Assembly (NCBI GenBank): GCA_963713585.1
Contig: CAVQMG010000010.1
Location: forward strand, 20,911-84,910
DNA length: 64,000 bases
From: an uncultured Actinomycetota bacterium
GTDB taxonomy: Bacteria > Actinomycetota > Actinomycetes > Streptosporangiales > Streptosporangiaceae
Reading direction: 5' to 3'
A program made the translations under genes and the position numbers. Under the pieces are notes generated by a model that saw only the letters and a program-made list of their open reading frames with translations, had not been told where the DNA came from and made no database searches. Shown piece by piece: positions 8,483-19,691 of this stretch; the first letter of the stretch is position 1, and each line of letters opens with the position of its first letter.

Positions 8483-11122
8483 ATGGCGACTCGTGCGCCC
8501 AAAGGCGCAGCGCGCCCTCGAGGCGGCACGGCCACCCGGACGCGGCAAACGGGCAGTACAGCCCGTGGCAGGTCCGGCAGCTCGTCGCGCTCGGGCAGCA
8601 AGTCCGGTTATCCGGCTGGCCGGTCGAGGAACTCCGCCAAGGGCAGGCCGCAAGGCCGCCGGAACTCGCCGCCGCCGCCGACTAATCCGTTCGTGATCCT
8701 GGCCGGCTGGGTCGCCAGCCTGATCGGCGCGGCCTGGATGGCGCTCGCGCACACCGTCGGCACGGCCAGCCGCGCCCTGGGGCGCAGCGCGCGTGACCTG
8801 GATCCGCTGCACCGTCGCGATGGCATCGGCTTGGCCGCGCTGTGCGCGGCGATCGTCGCGGCCGTGGTGACCTGGTGGCACGTCAGCGGCCCGATCAGGC
8901 CGGTCGGGACCGGGGTGCTGAGCCTGTTCGGGTCGGGCTCCTGGACCGTGCCGATCCTGCTCGCGCTGCTGGCCTGGCGATTCCTCCGCCATCCGGACAA
9001 GAACGCGGACACTGCCCGGATGATCATCGGCTGGACAGCGCTCCTGGTCGGCGCGCTCGGCCTGGTCCATGTCGCGTCCGGCACGCCGGCCCTGTCCGCC
9101 GGGATGACGCAGATCAGGTCGGCCGGCGGCCTCGTCGGGTTCGCCGTCTCGGCGCCACTGGTCGCGGTCCTCACCAAGTGGGCGGCGATCCCGGTACTGG
9201 TTCTCGTTTCCGGCTTCGGTCTGCTGGTCGTGACCGGCACGCCGCTGCACCGCGTGCCCGACCGACTCGCCGAGCTGCACGGCTTCGTCATGCGCCGCCC
9301 GTCCGCCGAGGCCGGCGAGGACGACCCGCTCAGCCCGGATGGCAGCACCCGCCCGCCCGGCCGGCTGACGCGCAAGCGCACTGATGCGCTGGAGGTCGGC
9401 GCGCACGACCGGGCCTACGACACGCCGCTGCTCGGTGCCCTCAGCAAGCGGGAGGACCGGAAAAACCTGCGGGCTGGGCCGCCTGGCGTTGCCGATCCTG
9501 AGCCAGGGACCGACGGGGTGAGCTTTGACGGCGCCGGTGTGTCGGCGGCTGCCGCGGCCGAGGGAATGCCGGACTGGGCCGGGCCAGCCGAGCCGGATGC
9601 CACGGTCGCCCCGGCTAAGAAGCCTGAGCAGCTGACGCTAGCCGCGATCACCGACGCAAGTTACACGCTGCCGCCGGTCGCGCTGCTCAAGCCCGGCACC
9701 GTGCCGCGGGCCAGGACCAAGGCCAATGACGCGATGGTCGAGGCGCTATCGGCGGTGCTCGAGCAGTTTGAGGTCGACGCCCAGGTCACCGGGTTCACCC
9801 GCGGCCCGACGGTGACCAGGTACGAGATTGAGCTGGCGCCGGCGGTCAAGGTCGAGCGGGTCACGCAGCTGTCCAAGAACATCGCCTACGCGGTCAAGAG
9901 CGCTGACGTCCGGATCCTGTCGCCCATCCCCGGCAAGTCGGCGATCGGCGTCGAGATCCCGAACATCGACCGGGACGTCGTCAGCCTCGGCGATGTGCTG
10001 CGGTCGCCGGTCGCGACCAACGACCAGCATCCGATGGTCGTCGGCCTCGGCAAGGATGTCGAGGGCCGCACGGTGGTCGCGAACCTCGCGAAGATGCCGC
10101 ACATGCTGATCGCCGGGGCGACCGGAGCCGGCAAGTCGGTCTGCATCAACGGCCTGATCACCTCGATCCTGCTGCGGTCCACGCCGGACGAGGTGCGGAT
10201 GGTGCTGATCGACCCGAAGCGGGTCGAGCTGGCCGCCTACGCCGGGATCCCGCATCTCATCACCCAGATCATCACCAACCCGAAGAAGGCGTCCGACGCC
10301 CTGCAGTGGGTGGTGGGTGAGATGGACCGCCGTTACGACGATCTGGCCGCCTCCGGGTTCCGGCACATGGACGACTTCAACAAGGCGGTCCGGGCCGGGC
10401 GGCTGCAGCCGCTGCCAGGCTCGGAGCGCGTCTACACGCCTTATCCGTACCTGCTGGTGATCGTGGACGAGCTGGCCGACCTGATGATGGTCGCGCCGCG
10501 CGACGTCGAGGACGCGATCGTCAGGATCACTCAGCTGGCCCGTGCGGCCGGGATTCACCTGGTGCTGGCAACCCAGCGGCCAAGCGTGGACGTGGTGACC
10601 GGGCTGATCAAGGCCAACGTGCCATCGAGGCTCGCGTTCGCGACCTCCAGCCTCACCGACAGCCGGGTCATCCTGGACCAGCCGGGCGCGGAAAAGCTCG
10701 TAGGCCAGGGTGACGCGCTGTTCCTGCCGATGGGCACTAGCAAACCAATCCGGCTGCAGAACGCGTTCGTGACCGAAAAGGAAATCCGGGAGATCGTCTC
10801 CCATTGCAAGAAGCAGGCCGAGCCTGCCTACCGCGATGACCTGACGGCGCCGGAAAGCAAACAGCGCGAGATCGACGCCGACATCGGCGACGACCTGGAC
10901 CTGCTCCTGCAGGCGGCCGAGCTCATCATCAGCACCCAGTTCGGCTCGACGTCGATGCTGCAGCGCAAGCTCCGGGTTGGCTTCGCCAAGGCCGGACGGC
11001 TGATGGACCTGCTGGAAAGCCGTGGTGTCGTCGGTCCGAGCGAGGGCTCAAAGGCCCGTGACGTGCTGATCAGACCCGATGATCTAGCCGGGCTGCTGGC
11101 CTCGCTGCGCGGTGAGGGCTAG
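8483..11122 (+). CDS. ftsK: DNA translocase FtsK
   Basis: N-terminal TM segments, Walker A GATGAGKS, VIVDELADLMM, and a C-terminal gamma wHTH (SMLQRKLRVGFAKAGRLMDLLESRGVVGP). I chose the ATG at 8483, which has ggtgggga upstream. The ORF is open from 8390. Confidence 0.9.
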   Translation: MATRAPKGAARPRGGTATRTRQTGSTARGRSGSSSRSGSKSGYPAGRSRNSAKGRPQGRRNSPPPPTNPFVILAGWVASLIGAAWMALAHTVGTASRALGRSARDLDPLHRRDGIGLAALCAAIVAAVVTWWHVSGPIRPVGTGVLSLFGSGSWTVPILLALLAWRFLRHPDKNADTARMIIGWTALLVGALGLVHVASGTPALSAGMTQIRSAGGLVGFAVSAPLVAVLTKWAAIPVLVLVSGFGLLVVTGTPLHRVPDRLAELHGFVMRRPSAEAGEDDPLSPDGSTRPPGRLTRKRTDALEVGAHDRAYDTPLLGALSKREDRKNLRAGPPGVADPEPGTDGVSFDGAGVSAAAAAEGMPDWAGPAEPDATVAPAKKPEQLTLAAITDASYTLPPVALLKPGTVPRARTKANDAMVEALSAVLEQFEVDAQVTGFTRGPTVTRYEIELAPAVKVERVTQLSKNIAYAVKSADVRILSPIPGKSAIGVEIPNIDRDVVSLGDVLRSPVATNDQHPMVVGLGKDVEGRTVVANLAKMPHMLIAGATGAGKSVCINGLITSILLRSTPDEVRMVLIDPKRVELAAYAGIPHLITQIITNPKKASDALQWVVGEMDRRYDDLAASGFRHMDDFNKAVRAGRLQPLPGSERVYTPYPYLLVIVDELADLMMVAPRDVEDAIVRITQLARAAGIHLVLATQRPSVDVVTGLIKANVPSRLAFATSSLTDSRVILDQPGAEKLVGQGDALFLPMGTSKPIRLQNAFVTEKEIREIVSHCKKQAEPAYRDDLTAPESKQREIDADIGDDLDLLLQAAELIISTQFGSTSMLQRKLRVGFAKAGRLMDLLESRGVVGPSEGSKARDVLIRPDDLAGLLASLRGEG

Positions 11123-11350
11123 GGCCGGGCGCGGGTGGCGACAGCGGGCAGTGCCGGTTGGCGCTGACGACGCGGTCGCGGGAGACTTGACGAACTCGCT
11201 GCGAATCGTGTCCTGCCCTCACCGCAGGGTAGCCAGATGTCTACACTGGGTGACCAGTCCCTGCTAGGGGATTCGGGGGAAGCTGACATCGGGTGCGACG
11301 GGGGTCGCTCTGCCCGGGGCGGGATGCAGCATGACTAGTGGAGGCGCCGC

Positions 11351-12085
11351 GTGAGCATCGGTGACGCCCTGGCGGCTGCGCGCCGCCAGGCCGGTCTCAC
11401 CATTACTCAGGTCAGCCAGCGGACGTGCATCAGAGAGACGATCGTCCGCGGCATCGAGCGGGGGGACTACTCGGCCTGCGGTGGTGACTTTTACGCGCGC
11501 GGTCATATCCGCAGCATCGCGCGCGCGGTCGGCGTGGATCCCGACGAGCTCATCCGGGAGTACGACGCCACACAGGCGCCGCCGCAGCCAATTACGGCTG
11601 CCGACGTCTTCCAGCCGTTCACGCCGGTGAAGATGAAAGAGCGGCGCCGGACCAACTGGAGCGCCGTCCTGGTGGTCGGCGTGGTGGCCGTGCTGGGGGT
11701 GGGCGGCTACTTCTACTTCTCGCACAAGAACTCGCCGCCGGCGACGGCAGCTACCCGCCATCAGGCGCATAGCTCGACCTCACCGCCGGCCAAGCCGGTC
11801 GCGCATACCGCGCCCAAGGGCATCCGGGTCACCCTGGTTGCCAAGCCAGGCAACGTGACCTGGGCGCAGCTCACCAAGGCCAACGGCACGGTTGAGTTTC
11901 AGGGTGACGTGGTCGGCGGCACCAGCAAGACCTGGAAGGCGAAGAAGGGTCACCTCCTGCTCGCGCTGGGCAACCCGGGCGGTGCTGCCGTCTACCTGAA
12001 CGGCAAGCGAGTCACGACCGAGACGACGCAGCCAATCACGCTCAGTTGCAGCAAGGCGCATTGCTCGGTCATGTCGACGGGGTAA
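11351..12085 (+). CDS. RodZ-like helix-turn-helix membrane protein (HTH + single TM + DUF4115-like C-terminus)
   Basis: N-terminal XRE-type HTH (LTITQVSQRTCIRETIVRGIERGDY), GHIRSIARAVGVDPDELI, one TM (WSAVLVVGVVAVLGVGGYFYF). It sits at the conserved position between ftsK and rimO. Confidence 0.75.
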   Translation: MSIGDALAAARRQAGLTITQVSQRTCIRETIVRGIERGDYSACGGDFYARGHIRSIARAVGVDPDELIREYDATQAPPQPITAADVFQPFTPVKMKERRRTNWSAVLVVGVVAVLGVGGYFYFSHKNSPPATAATRHQAHSSTSPPAKPVAHTAPKGIRVTLVAKPGNVTWAQLTKANGTVEFQGDVVGGTSKTWKAKKGHLLLALGNPGGAAVYLNGKRVTTETTQPITLSCSKAHCSVMSTG

Positions 12086-12156
12086 AAGGGCCTGGATTGC
12101 GGGCTCACGGCCACCGCTGTGCGCCCGCACCGGCCTGGTTACCGTAGTCTGCGTGG

Positions 12157-13695
12157 GTGCCCTCCAGCCAGGAAGAACGCAGCGTTTCCGCGGGCAGCGC
12201 CAGGTCAGCCGGGCGCAGCGTCCGGCTGGTGACGCTTGGCTGTGCCCGTAATGAGGTCGATTCCGAGGAACTCGCCGCCCGGCTCGAAGACGGGGGCTGG
12301 CAGGTTGCCGACGATTCTGAGGACCCCGACGTCGTGCTGGTCAATACTTGCGGCTTCATCCAGGCGGCTAAGCAGGAGTCGATCGATGAGCTGCTCGAGG
12401 CAGCAGGCGGCGGCGCGAAGGTCGTGGCAGCGGGCTGCCTGGCCGAGCGGTACGGCTCCGGGCTCGCCGAGGCCCTGCCCGAAGCCCAGATCCTGAGCTT
12501 CGACGACTACGAGGACATCGCCGCCAGACTCGATGCGGTTGCGGCGGGGGATCGCTGGCAGGCGCACGAGCCACGGGACCGGCGCACTCTGCTGCCGCTG
12601 TCACCGGCGGCCAGGCCTGACAGTGGCGGGGCTCACCTGCCCGGCCACGGAGTGGTTGCCGGGCCCGCCGCAGGCACGATCTCTGACCTGCCCCCCGGCG
12701 TGGCGCCCGCCTCGGGGCCACGCGTGCTGCGGCGCAGGCTGGGCGGTGCCGTAGTCGCCCCGCTCAAGATCGCCTCAGGCTGTGACCGTCGCTGCACGTT
12801 CTGCGCGATCCCGGCTTTCCGCGGTGCGTTCGTGTCCCGGCGGCCGGCCGACCTGCTGGCCGAGGCGAGCTGGCTGGCCGATCACGGCGCGCGTGAGCTG
12901 TTCCTGGTGAGCGAGAACTCGACCTCCTACGGCAAGGATCTCGGCGACTTGCGGTTGCTGGAGTCGCTGCTGCCCAAACTGGCCGCGGTGCCGGGCATCT
13001 GCCGGGTGCGGGTGAGCTACCTGCAGCCCGCCGAGGTCCGGCCAGGGCTGGTCGAGGTTCTGGCCGGCACCCCTGGGGTTGCGCCCTACTTCGATCTGTC
13101 GTTCCAGCACGCCAGCGGATCCGTACTGCGCGCGATGCGCAGGTTCGGCGACTCAGATCGCTTTCTCCAGCTCATCCAGCAGATCAGGAGCCTGGCGCCG
13201 CAAGCCGGGATCCGGTCCAACTTCATCGTCGGCTTCCCCGGCGAAAGCGAGCAGGACGTCGCCGAGCTGCAGGCCTTCTTGACCGAGGCGCGGCTGGACG
13301 CGATCGGAGTGTTCGGGTACTCCGACGAGGACGGCACCGAGGCGGCAGGCCTGGCCGGACAGCTGCCCGCCGATGAGGTGGCCGTCCGGCTGGAAGAACT
13401 GGCCGGCCTGGCCGACGAGCTGATGGCCGAACGAGCGGCGGAACGGATCGGCGAGGTCGCCGAGGTGCTCGTGGACGAGGTCCTCGGCGATGGCCGGTAC
13501 CTGGGCCGGGGGGCGCACCAGGCGCCGGAGGTTGATGGCGCGACGGAGATCTGCAGCAAGCGGACCCTGGTTCCCGGCGACTTCGTGCCGGCCCTGGTGA
13601 CTGGCAGCGACGGCGTCGACCTGCAGGCCGAGGCCGAGCCAGCGCAGCAGGGTGCCGCTACGGCGCCGAGAGACCGAGGCCCGGTCGCACCTTGA
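12157..13695 (+). CDS. rimO: Ribosomal protein S12 methylthiotransferase RimO
   Basis: MTTase N-domain ([16 protein letters not shown]), radical-SAM CDRRCTFC, C-terminal TRAM-like segment. Conserved synteny with pgsA. Confidence 0.9.
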   Translation: MPSSQEERSVSAGSARSAGRSVRLVTLGCARNEVDSEELAARLEDGGWQVADDSEDPDVVLVNTCGFIQAAKQESIDELLEAAGGGAKVVAAGCLAERYGSGLAEALPEAQILSFDDYEDIAARLDAVAAGDRWQAHEPRDRRTLLPLSPAARPDSGGAHLPGHGVVAGPAAGTISDLPPGVAPASGPRVLRRRLGGAVVAPLKIASGCDRRCTFCAIPAFRGAFVSRRPADLLAEASWLADHGARELFLVSENSTSYGKDLGDLRLLESLLPKLAAVPGICRVRVSYLQPAEVRPGLVEVLAGTPGVAPYFDLSFQHASGSVLRAMRRFGDSDRFLQLIQQIRSLAPQAGIRSNFIVGFPGESEQDVAELQAFLTEARLDAIGVFGYSDEDGTEAAGLAGQLPADEVAVRLEELAGLADELMAERAAERIGEVAEVLVDEVLGDGRYLGRGAHQAPEVDGATEICSKRTLVPGDFVPALVTGSDGVDLQAEAEPAQQGAATAPRDRGPVAP

Positions 13696-14417
13696 CCCGG
13701 CCAGCTCCAGGCACCAATGACGGCGGCGCGGGGCCGGAGGACTCCGGCGGATCGGGCGTGCCAGCAGGCAGTCCCGCCGGCCACGGTCCGGCCGGCAGCC
13801 ACGGTCCGGCCGGCAGCGACGGACAGGCGGGTAGCCACGCCCTGGCCGGCAGCCGCGGTCCGGCCGCGGAAGTGCCGCCGGCGCCCAGCTTGCTCAACGT
13901 GGCCAATGCCCTCACGATGCTGCGCCTGGTGCTCGTGCCGGTATTCGTCTGGTTTCTGCTCGCCGGCGGGACCAGCGACCGAGCCATCGCCTTTGTGGCC
14001 TTCGCCGTCGCCTCGGTTACCGACCTGCTGGACGGCGAGCTGGCCAGGCGGCGCAGCCTGATCACCGACTTCGGCAAGATCGCCGATCCGATCGCCGACA
14101 AGGCACTGACCGGCTCGGCCCTGATCACCTTGTCTTACCTCGGCGAACTGGCCTGGTGGATCACGATCGTCATCGTCGTGCGCGAACTCGCTGTGACCGG
14201 CCTGCGGTTCTGGGTCATCAGGCGCGGTGTCATCGCGGCGAGCCGTGGCGGCAAGGCCAAGACCATGCTGCAGATCATCGCCATCAGCCTCTATGTGCTG
14301 CCCTGGCACATCACCCTGGCCAGGGAGATTGTGATGGGTGCCGCCCTGGTCGTGACGGTGGTGACCGGGATCGACTACACCGCCCGGGCCATCCGGCTGC
14401 ACCGGGCGGTCCAGTGA
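13692..14417 (+). CDS. pgsA: CDP-diacylglycerol--glycerol-3-phosphate 3-phosphatidyltransferase
   Basis: CDP-alcohol phosphatidyltransferase motif [27 protein letters not shown]. There is a 4-nt overlap with the rimO stop. The N-terminal extension is low-complexity and carries a hexapeptide repeat. Confidence 0.85.
   Translation: MTRPAPGTNDGGAGPEDSGGSGVPAGSPAGHGPAGSHGPAGSDGQAGSHALAGSRGPAAEVPPAPSLLNVANALTMLRLVLVPVFVWFLLAGGTSDRAIAFVAFAVASVTDLLDGELARRRSLITDFGKIADPIADKALTGSALITLSYLGELAWWITIVIVVRELAVTGLRFWVIRRGVIAASRGGKAKTMLQIIAISLYVLPWHITLAREIVMGAALVVTVVTGIDYTARAIRLHRAVQ
13782..13853 (+). repeat. 18-bp in-frame tandem repeat (HGPAGS units) in the pgsA N-terminal extension
   Basis: cacggtccggccggcagc occurs twice perfectly (13782-13799, 13800-13817). 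Two degenerate units follow (gacggacaggcgggtagc, cacgccctggccggcagc). Confidence 0.8.
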
Positions 14418-14932
14418 CCAGCCCGGCCCCGCCGGCGACGCCGGACCTGGTCGCGATCGGTCTGGCCCAGCAGGCCGTTGAGCTGCTCGCGGCCCGCGCA
14501 CAGACGGTGGCGGTCGCGGAGTCACTCACCGGCGGCCTGGTGGCCGCGGCGCTGACCAGCGTGCCGGGCTCGTCCGCAGTTTTTCGCGGCGGCGTGGTGG
14601 CCTATGCCACCGAGCTCAAGGCCAGGCTGCTCGGCGTCCCGTCCGGCCTGCTGGCCCAGCACGGGCCGGTCCATCCCGAGGTAGCCGCAGCCATGGCCGC
14701 CGGGGTGGCGCAGCGCCTCGGGGCCAGCTATGGCATGGCCACGACCGGCGTCGCTGGCCCCGGTCCGGCCGACGGCCAGCCGCAGGGAAAGGTCTTCGTC
14801 GCCGTCACCGGGCCGCCAGGACCTGCCGGACTCGGCCTGAACTTGCCCGGTGATCGCGCTGAGGTCCGGGCAGCCTCGGTCCGTGCCGTGCTGTCTATGC
14901 TGGTCAGCGCATTGCGGGAAGAGCTACCCTGA
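14414..14932 (+). CDS. CinA-family protein (nicotinamide-nucleotide amidohydrolase PncC-like domain)
   Basis: The GTG at 14414 overlaps the pgsA stop (GTGA). Motifs AVAESLTGGLVAA, VFRGGVVAY, GMATTGVAGPGP. Confidence 0.85.
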   Translation: MTSPAPPATPDLVAIGLAQQAVELLAARAQTVAVAESLTGGLVAAALTSVPGSSAVFRGGVVAYATELKARLLGVPSGLLAQHGPVHPEVAAAMAAGVAQRLGASYGMATTGVAGPGPADGQPQGKVFVAVTGPPGPAGLGLNLPGDRAEVRAASVRAVLSMLVSALREELP

Positions 14933-15041
14933 TTACAGTGTTACGTTCCGGTGAACACGCAGCTGTGCCCTCTCCCGCACGGTCCGTAAGGACAGGTACG
15001 GTAGAGGGGTCAGCTGATCGACCTCAGGAGGGAGCGCGACG

Positions 15042-15581
15042 ATGGTCCTGCTTCGTCACTTGCTCGGTGACGCGCTTCGGCGACTGCGTCTTCGCCAGGG
15101 TCGCACCCTGCGTGAGGTCTCCGCGACAGCCCGGGTCTCCCTGGGATACCTGTCCGAAGTTGAGCGCGGTCGCAAGGAAGCCTCATCGGAGCTGCTAGCT
15201 TCGATCTGCGATGCCCTAGGTGCCCCGCTTTCTCAAGTTTTGCGCGAAGTGTCGGATGGCTTCGCCCTGGCTGAGCTGCAGAACGCACCGGTTTTCGAGG
15301 GTGCTCCGCTAGAGCCCGCTCTTGCGGGCCAGACCTCGCCAGCCAGCCCAGCTGGCGACGGGCGGGTATCCGCCCAGTCTGCCGCACACCGGGGCGCTCT
15401 CCGGCTGCCTCAGCCAGCACAGCAGCAGCGTCTGGTCATGCCGGAGCGGAAGCTGACAGTCCGGTCCGGTCAGCGCCTGAATACGCCGGCCGAGCCGCTG
15501 CTCGAGCCCGTGACCCTGCCTGCCCCCGAGCAGAAGTTCGACAAACTTGCCCGCGACATTACCGACATGGTGCCGGTGTAA
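15042..15581 (+). CDS. clgR: XRE-family transcriptional regulator ClgR-like, with long C-terminal extension
   Basis: The HTH core [51 protein letters not shown] and the position after pgsA-cinA match ClgR. RBS aggaggga upstream. Confidence 0.75.
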   Translation: MVLLRHLLGDALRRLRLRQGRTLREVSATARVSLGYLSEVERGRKEASSELLASICDALGAPLSQVLREVSDGFALAELQNAPVFEGAPLEPALAGQTSPASPAGDGRVSAQSAAHRGALRLPQPAQQQRLVMPERKLTVRSGQRLNTPAEPLLEPVTLPAPEQKFDKLARDITDMVPV

Positions 15582-15603
15582 GTCTTCTCCAGCGACGCCC
15601 TGT

Positions 15604-15635
15604 CCGGGCCGGATTCCAGCCGGAGTCCGGCCCGG
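15604..15635. terminator. GC-rich hairpin between convergent clgR and rrf2-like genes
   Basis: ccgggccgga (15604-15613) pairs with tccggcccgg (15626-15635) around a 12-nt loop. There is no U-tract, which is common for actinobacterial terminators. Confidence 0.35.
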
Positions 15636-15668
15636 CGGCATGTCCTGGGTCAGGAACCGGCCGGCGAC

Positions 15669-16140
15669 TCACATGGTCGAGTGCGACGCCCAGGCTTCGG
15701 GATTGTCGGCCAGCTGCCGCACCCGCGGCGGCAGGCTGCCGGACACGATGTGCTCCAGCGTGACCTCTTCGAGGATCGCCCGCTCGTTAGCCCGCAGCGC
15801 GATCCAGACCGTCTGCAGCGGCTCAGCGGCTCCGGTATAGCCGAGATTTTCCGGCCGCTCCCCGCGCACGCCGACCAGCGGGCCGTCAATGGCCCGGATG
15901 ATGTCGGCCAGTGAGATCTCGCCGCCGCCTGGCCAACCAGAAGCCGCCGTCCGGACCGCGCTGGCTGCGGACCAGCCCGGCGCGCCGGAGCTGGGTCAAG
16001 ATCGCCTCAAGGAACTTACCGGGGATCACCTGCGTCCGGGCAAGCTGGTCAGCCGTCACGTGACCGCCGCCGGAGGCGGCCAGTTCGATGACGGCCCGCA
16101 GCGCGTAGTCGGAGCGAGCGGACAGACGCATATGGATCAT
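15669..16140 (-). pseudogene. Rrf2 family transcriptional regulator, one frameshift
   Basis: The N-terminal part MRLSARSDYALRAVIELA...GKFLEAILTQLRRAGLVRSQRGPDGGFWLA is followed, in another frame, by EISLADIIRAIDGPLVGVRGERPENLGY...LEEVTLEHIV. The shift is at about 15925-15935. Confidence 0.75.
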
Positions 16141-16202
16141 TATGCAGGTAACCGAGGCTGGCGTGGCCGCGGCGCTCCGGTAAACGGCCCGGCGCAGTCC
16201 GG

Positions 16203-17743
16203 CTAGCCGGCCGTCAGGCCGAGGATTTCGGCCGCCGCCTGGCCGCTGCTGCGGGCCGCGCCGTACGTCGCGACGTAGGTGCCGGCCGGGGGCTGCCAGA
16301 CCGGCAGGCCCATCTCGGCAACCACTGCATCGGGCCGCTGGGCGAGGACCTGGCGGACGACTTCGGCCGCGACCCGGTGCCGGTGGGCGTCCCGCACGAC
16401 CAGGATCAGGGTCCGGCCGGCCGCTTCCGCCAGGACGCTCGCGGTCACCGCGGCCAGTTCAGCGTCCGGGGTAGCCGTGCTGATCTCGCGGTAGCTGGCG
16501 GCCGGGACATAGCCGCCCAGGCCCCACGGCACGGTTCCGACGGCGAGGTTCTCCGGCGGCACCAGCTGCACGACGAAGGGCCGGCTGGTCACCGGCGGCG
16601 TGCCGATGACGCGGATCGCGCGCCTGGCCGCCGTCAGGCCGATCGAGGCACCTGGCCCGGCCCCGCTGAAGGTGGGCCAGCCGGCGCCGCAACCGCCGGC
16701 CCGCTGCCGTGCTGCCTGCCCGGCCGGCCGAGCCCGCGGCCGTCCAGGCTCGCAGTTCGGCCACCCGCGCCGCGGCCTCTTCCAGCCGCTCGCCCGGGAG
16801 TCTGCCCGACCGCACCGCCTCCAGCAGCGCGGCCTTGACCGCGAGGTAGCTCAGCTGGTCCTGGTCCCGTCCGAGGCACAGCAGGTCAGTGCCGGCGATG
16901 ACGGCGAGGACAGCGGCCTCCGGGATACCGTACGGCTCGCTGACGGCACGCATCTCCAGCGCGTCCGAGACGATGACGCCGGTGAACCCGAGCTCGCCGC
17001 GCAGCAAGTCGGTCTGAGCCCGGCGGGACAGCGAGGCGGGCAGGTCGCCGGTGAGCTCGGGCACCCGCAGGTGGCTCGGCATCACGGCGCGGACCCCGGC
17101 CGCGATCGCAGCGGCGAACGGCGGCAGGTCACGCTCGCGCAGGACGCTCAGCGGGGCGTCCACGGTCGCCAGCACGAGGTGTGAGTCGAGCCGGGTGCTG
17201 CCGTGGCCGGGGAAGTGCTTGGCGCAGGCCGCCACCCCGGCCGATTGGAGCCCGGCGACCGCCGCGGCGGCGTGCCGGGCTACCAGGGCAGGATCGGCGC
17301 CGAACGCCCTGGTTCCGATGACCGGGTTGTCGTCCGCGGTGTTCACGTCGATGGCCGGAGCGAGATCCAGGTTGATGCCGAGTGCCGCCAGGTCGGCGCC
17401 GAGGGCCGCGTACACAGCCCTGGTGAGCTCGACGTCGTCGATAGCCCCGAGGGCCACGTTCCCCGGATAATCGCTGCCGGTCTGATGCGAGATGCGGGTG
17501 ACGTCGCCACCCTCCTCGTCGATGGTGATGACGGGCTCTGGCGCGGCCGCGCGCAGGCTCGCGGCCAGCGCCGCTAGCTGCGCCGGGTCCATCACGTTCG
17601 GCCCGTACAGCGTCACTCCGGCGAGGCCGTCGCGCAGCGCGTCCCGCAGCCAGGCAGGAGCCGTGGCGCCGGGGAAGGGCGGAATCAGGACTGCGTCGGC
17701 TAGCCTGGCCCAGGACTGGGTCAGCTGTGATCTCCTGCGTCAT
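16203..17743 (-). pseudogene. nagZ: Glycoside hydrolase family 3 beta-N-acetylhexosaminidase (NagZ-like), at least two frameshifts
   Basis: - The ATG at 17743 overlaps the stop of the upstream permease (ATGA).
- [14 protein letters not shown] is followed, after a shift at about 17700, by ADAVLIPPFPGATAPAWL...
- Core motifs are IDEEGGDVTRI, KHFPGHGST and GVIVSDALEM.
- The C-terminal 130 aa (VTSRPFVVQL...) lies in another frame, with the shift at about 16690-16740. Confidence 0.8.
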
Positions 17744-18675
17744 CCCTTCACCGCTCCCGCGGTCAGCCCGCCGACGAGCCTTCGTCGGACGATCAGGAAG
17801 AAGATGATCACCGGGATCGTGTACATCGTGGAGGCCGCCATGATCGGGCCCCACTGGGCGCCGCCGCGGCCGAAGAAGTAGGTCACGTAGATCGGCAGCG
17901 TGTAGTCGCTGTGCGCCTGGCCGAGGAACGTCAGCGCGACGATGAACTCGTTGTAGGCGGTGATGAAGGCAAAGATGCTGGTGGCAACCAGGCCCGGCGC
18001 GACCAGCGGGAACAGGATCCGCCAGAAGATGCGGAAGCTGGTCGCGCCGTCGATGGCCGCGGCCTCCTCGAGCTCCTTCGGGATCGTCGCCACGAAGTTG
18101 CGCAGCATCCAGATCGATACCGGCAGCGCCTGCGCGGAGTAGACAATGATCAGGCCGAGCAGGTTCTGCAGCAGATTCAGCCGCTGGAAGTCCAGGAACA
18201 GCGCGATGATCAGGGCCTGGGCCGGGACCATCTGCACGATCAGCAGCAGCACGAGCAGCGAGGTCCGCAGCCGGAACCGGAACCTGGCCACCGCAACGGA
18301 AGCCAGCAGCGACAGCAGTGAGGCAACCAGCACGGTCGCCAGCGTGACCGCCAGGCTGTTGCGGAAGAACAGCCAGACCGACCCGATGCCTGACACCTGA
18401 CCGCCGATCACCGCGCGGAAGTTGCCCAGCGTCGGATGCGAGGGCAGCAGGCTCGGGGTCAGCGAGTAGATCTCGTGCGATGGCTTGAACGCGGTCGAGA
18501 CCATCCAGAACAGCGGGAACAGCGTCAGCACTGCGATCAGCACGCCAAAGGCGTTCATGCTGGTGCCGCGCAGGCCGCGCACCGTCCTGGCCCGCTGCGC
18601 GCCGGCGGCGCCGAGCCTGTTGCTGGCCACCGGCGCCATCGGCGTGGCACTCAGTCCGCTCACTGGCGCGCTCAT
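17740..18675 (-). CDS. Carbohydrate ABC transporter permease (CUT1, MalG-like)
   Basis: 311 aa, 6-TM pattern with EAA-type loop ([22 protein letters not shown]). Confidence 0.9.
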   Translation of the reverse strand: MSAPVSGLSATPMAPVASNRLGAAGAQRARTVRGLRGTSMNAFGVLIAVLTLFPLFWMVSTAFKPSHEIYSLTPSLLPSHPTLGNFRAVIGGQVSGIGSVWLFFRNSLAVTLATVLVASLLSLLASVAVARFRFRLRTSLLVLLLIVQMVPAQALIIALFLDFQRLNLLQNLLGLIIVYSAQALPVSIWMLRNFVATIPKELEEAAAIDGATSFRIFWRILFPLVAPGLVATSIFAFITAYNEFIVALTFLGQAHSDYTLPIYVTYFFGRGGAQWGPIMAASTMYTIPVIIFFLIVRRRLVGGLTAGAVKG

Positions 18676-19691
18676 GTCAGGGCCCCCTGCCGGACCGAGG
18701 TGCGCACATAGCCGATCGTGACGACCAGCAGGATGAGCGCGAAGATCAGCGCGATCGCGCCGCCCAGGCCGTAGCTTGGCGGCAGGCTGGCGAACGCCTT
18801 GTCATACAGGTACGTGGACAGGTTGTACTCGTTCTGGTTACCGGGGAAGCCGGTGACGATGTAGCTCTGCCCGAAGATGTTGAAGTCCCAGATCACCGAC
18901 AGCAGCAGCAGCACCAGGAAGATCGGCTTGAGCAGCGGGTAGGTGATCTTCCAGAACACCCGCCACGGGGTGGCGCCGTCGACCCGGGCTGCCTCGAGCA
19001 GTTCGGACGGGACCGTCTTCAGCCCGGCCAGCACCGAGACCGCGATGAACGGGAACGCCTGCCAGACCACCAGTACGGCGATGACCAGGTAAGCCTGGAA
19101 GGCCCCGGTCGTGGTCCAGTTGTACTGCGCCCAGTTGGTGCTGCCGACGAGCCAGTGCGGCAGCTTGGACAGCGCCCAGTCAACGACGCCGCCGTCGGGG
19201 TTGACCAGCCAGTAGAACAGCACGGCCGCGGAGATCGGCGGGGTGGCCCAGGCCATCAGCGCGGCGGTGCTGACGAACGCGGCCATCTTCTTGCCGAGCC
19301 GGTTCAGCAGCAGCCCGACGATCGTGCCGACGACCAGGGTGGCCGGAACGACCACGAGCGCGAGCAGCACGGTCGTGCGCAGCGACAGCCAGAACTCGGT
19401 GTCCTTGAACGTTGCGGTGAAGTTCGCCAGCCCGACCCACTGGGTGGGCGCGGCACCGGTGATCTGCATGATGCTGTAGTTCTGGAACGAGAAGATGACC
19501 ACCTGGACCAGCGGCCACAGCAGGACCAGCGTGATGCCGATCATCGCCGGGGTGAGCAGCAGGTACGGGGTGAGCTTGCGACGGCGGATGAAGGTGGCGG
19601 CCCGGTTCCGCAGCGGCCCGAGGCCGCTGAGCTGCCCGGCCGGACGCGGAGCCGGAAGTGCTGCCTGCTGATGCTCGATGGTGCCCGACAT
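18672..19691 (-). CDS. Carbohydrate ABC transporter permease (CUT1, MalF-like)
   Basis: EAA loop [25 protein letters not shown] chose the ATG at 19691 (MSGTIEHQ), which has aaggga upstream. The ORF is open to 19778. There is a 4-nt overlap with the next permease. Confidence 0.85.
   Translation of the reverse strand: MSGTIEHQQAALPAPRPAGQLSGLGPLRNRAATFIRRRKLTPYLLLTPAMIGITLVLLWPLVQVVIFSFQNYSIMQITGAAPTQWVGLANFTATFKDTEFWLSLRTTVLLALVVVPATLVVGTIVGLLLNRLGKKMAAFVSTAALMAWATPPISAAVLFYWLVNPDGGVVDWALSKLPHWLVGSTNWAQYNWTTTGAFQAYLVIAVLVVWQAFPFIAVSVLAGLKTVPSELLEAARVDGATPWRVFWKITYPLLKPIFLVLLLLSVIWDFNIFGQSYIVTGFPGNQNEYNLSTYLYDKAFASLPPSYGLGGAIALIFALILLVVTIGYVRTSVRQGALT

Noticed and set aside
11191-11208. CGAAC-tcgc-tgCGAAtcg upstream of the RodZ-like gene, considered as a LexA/SOS box.
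   Set aside because: The second half-site is a direct rather than inverted copy (the consensus is TCGAAC-N4-GTTCGA). It does not fit.
13086-14525. 479-aa antisense ORF across rimO/pgsA/cinA. Similar long antisense or off-frame ORFs occur elsewhere, for example 35418-36791, 59647-60909, 9746-10804 and 2897-3910.
   Set aside because: All overlap genes with strong motif support on the other strand or frame. All translate to Arg/Pro/Ala-rich nonsense.
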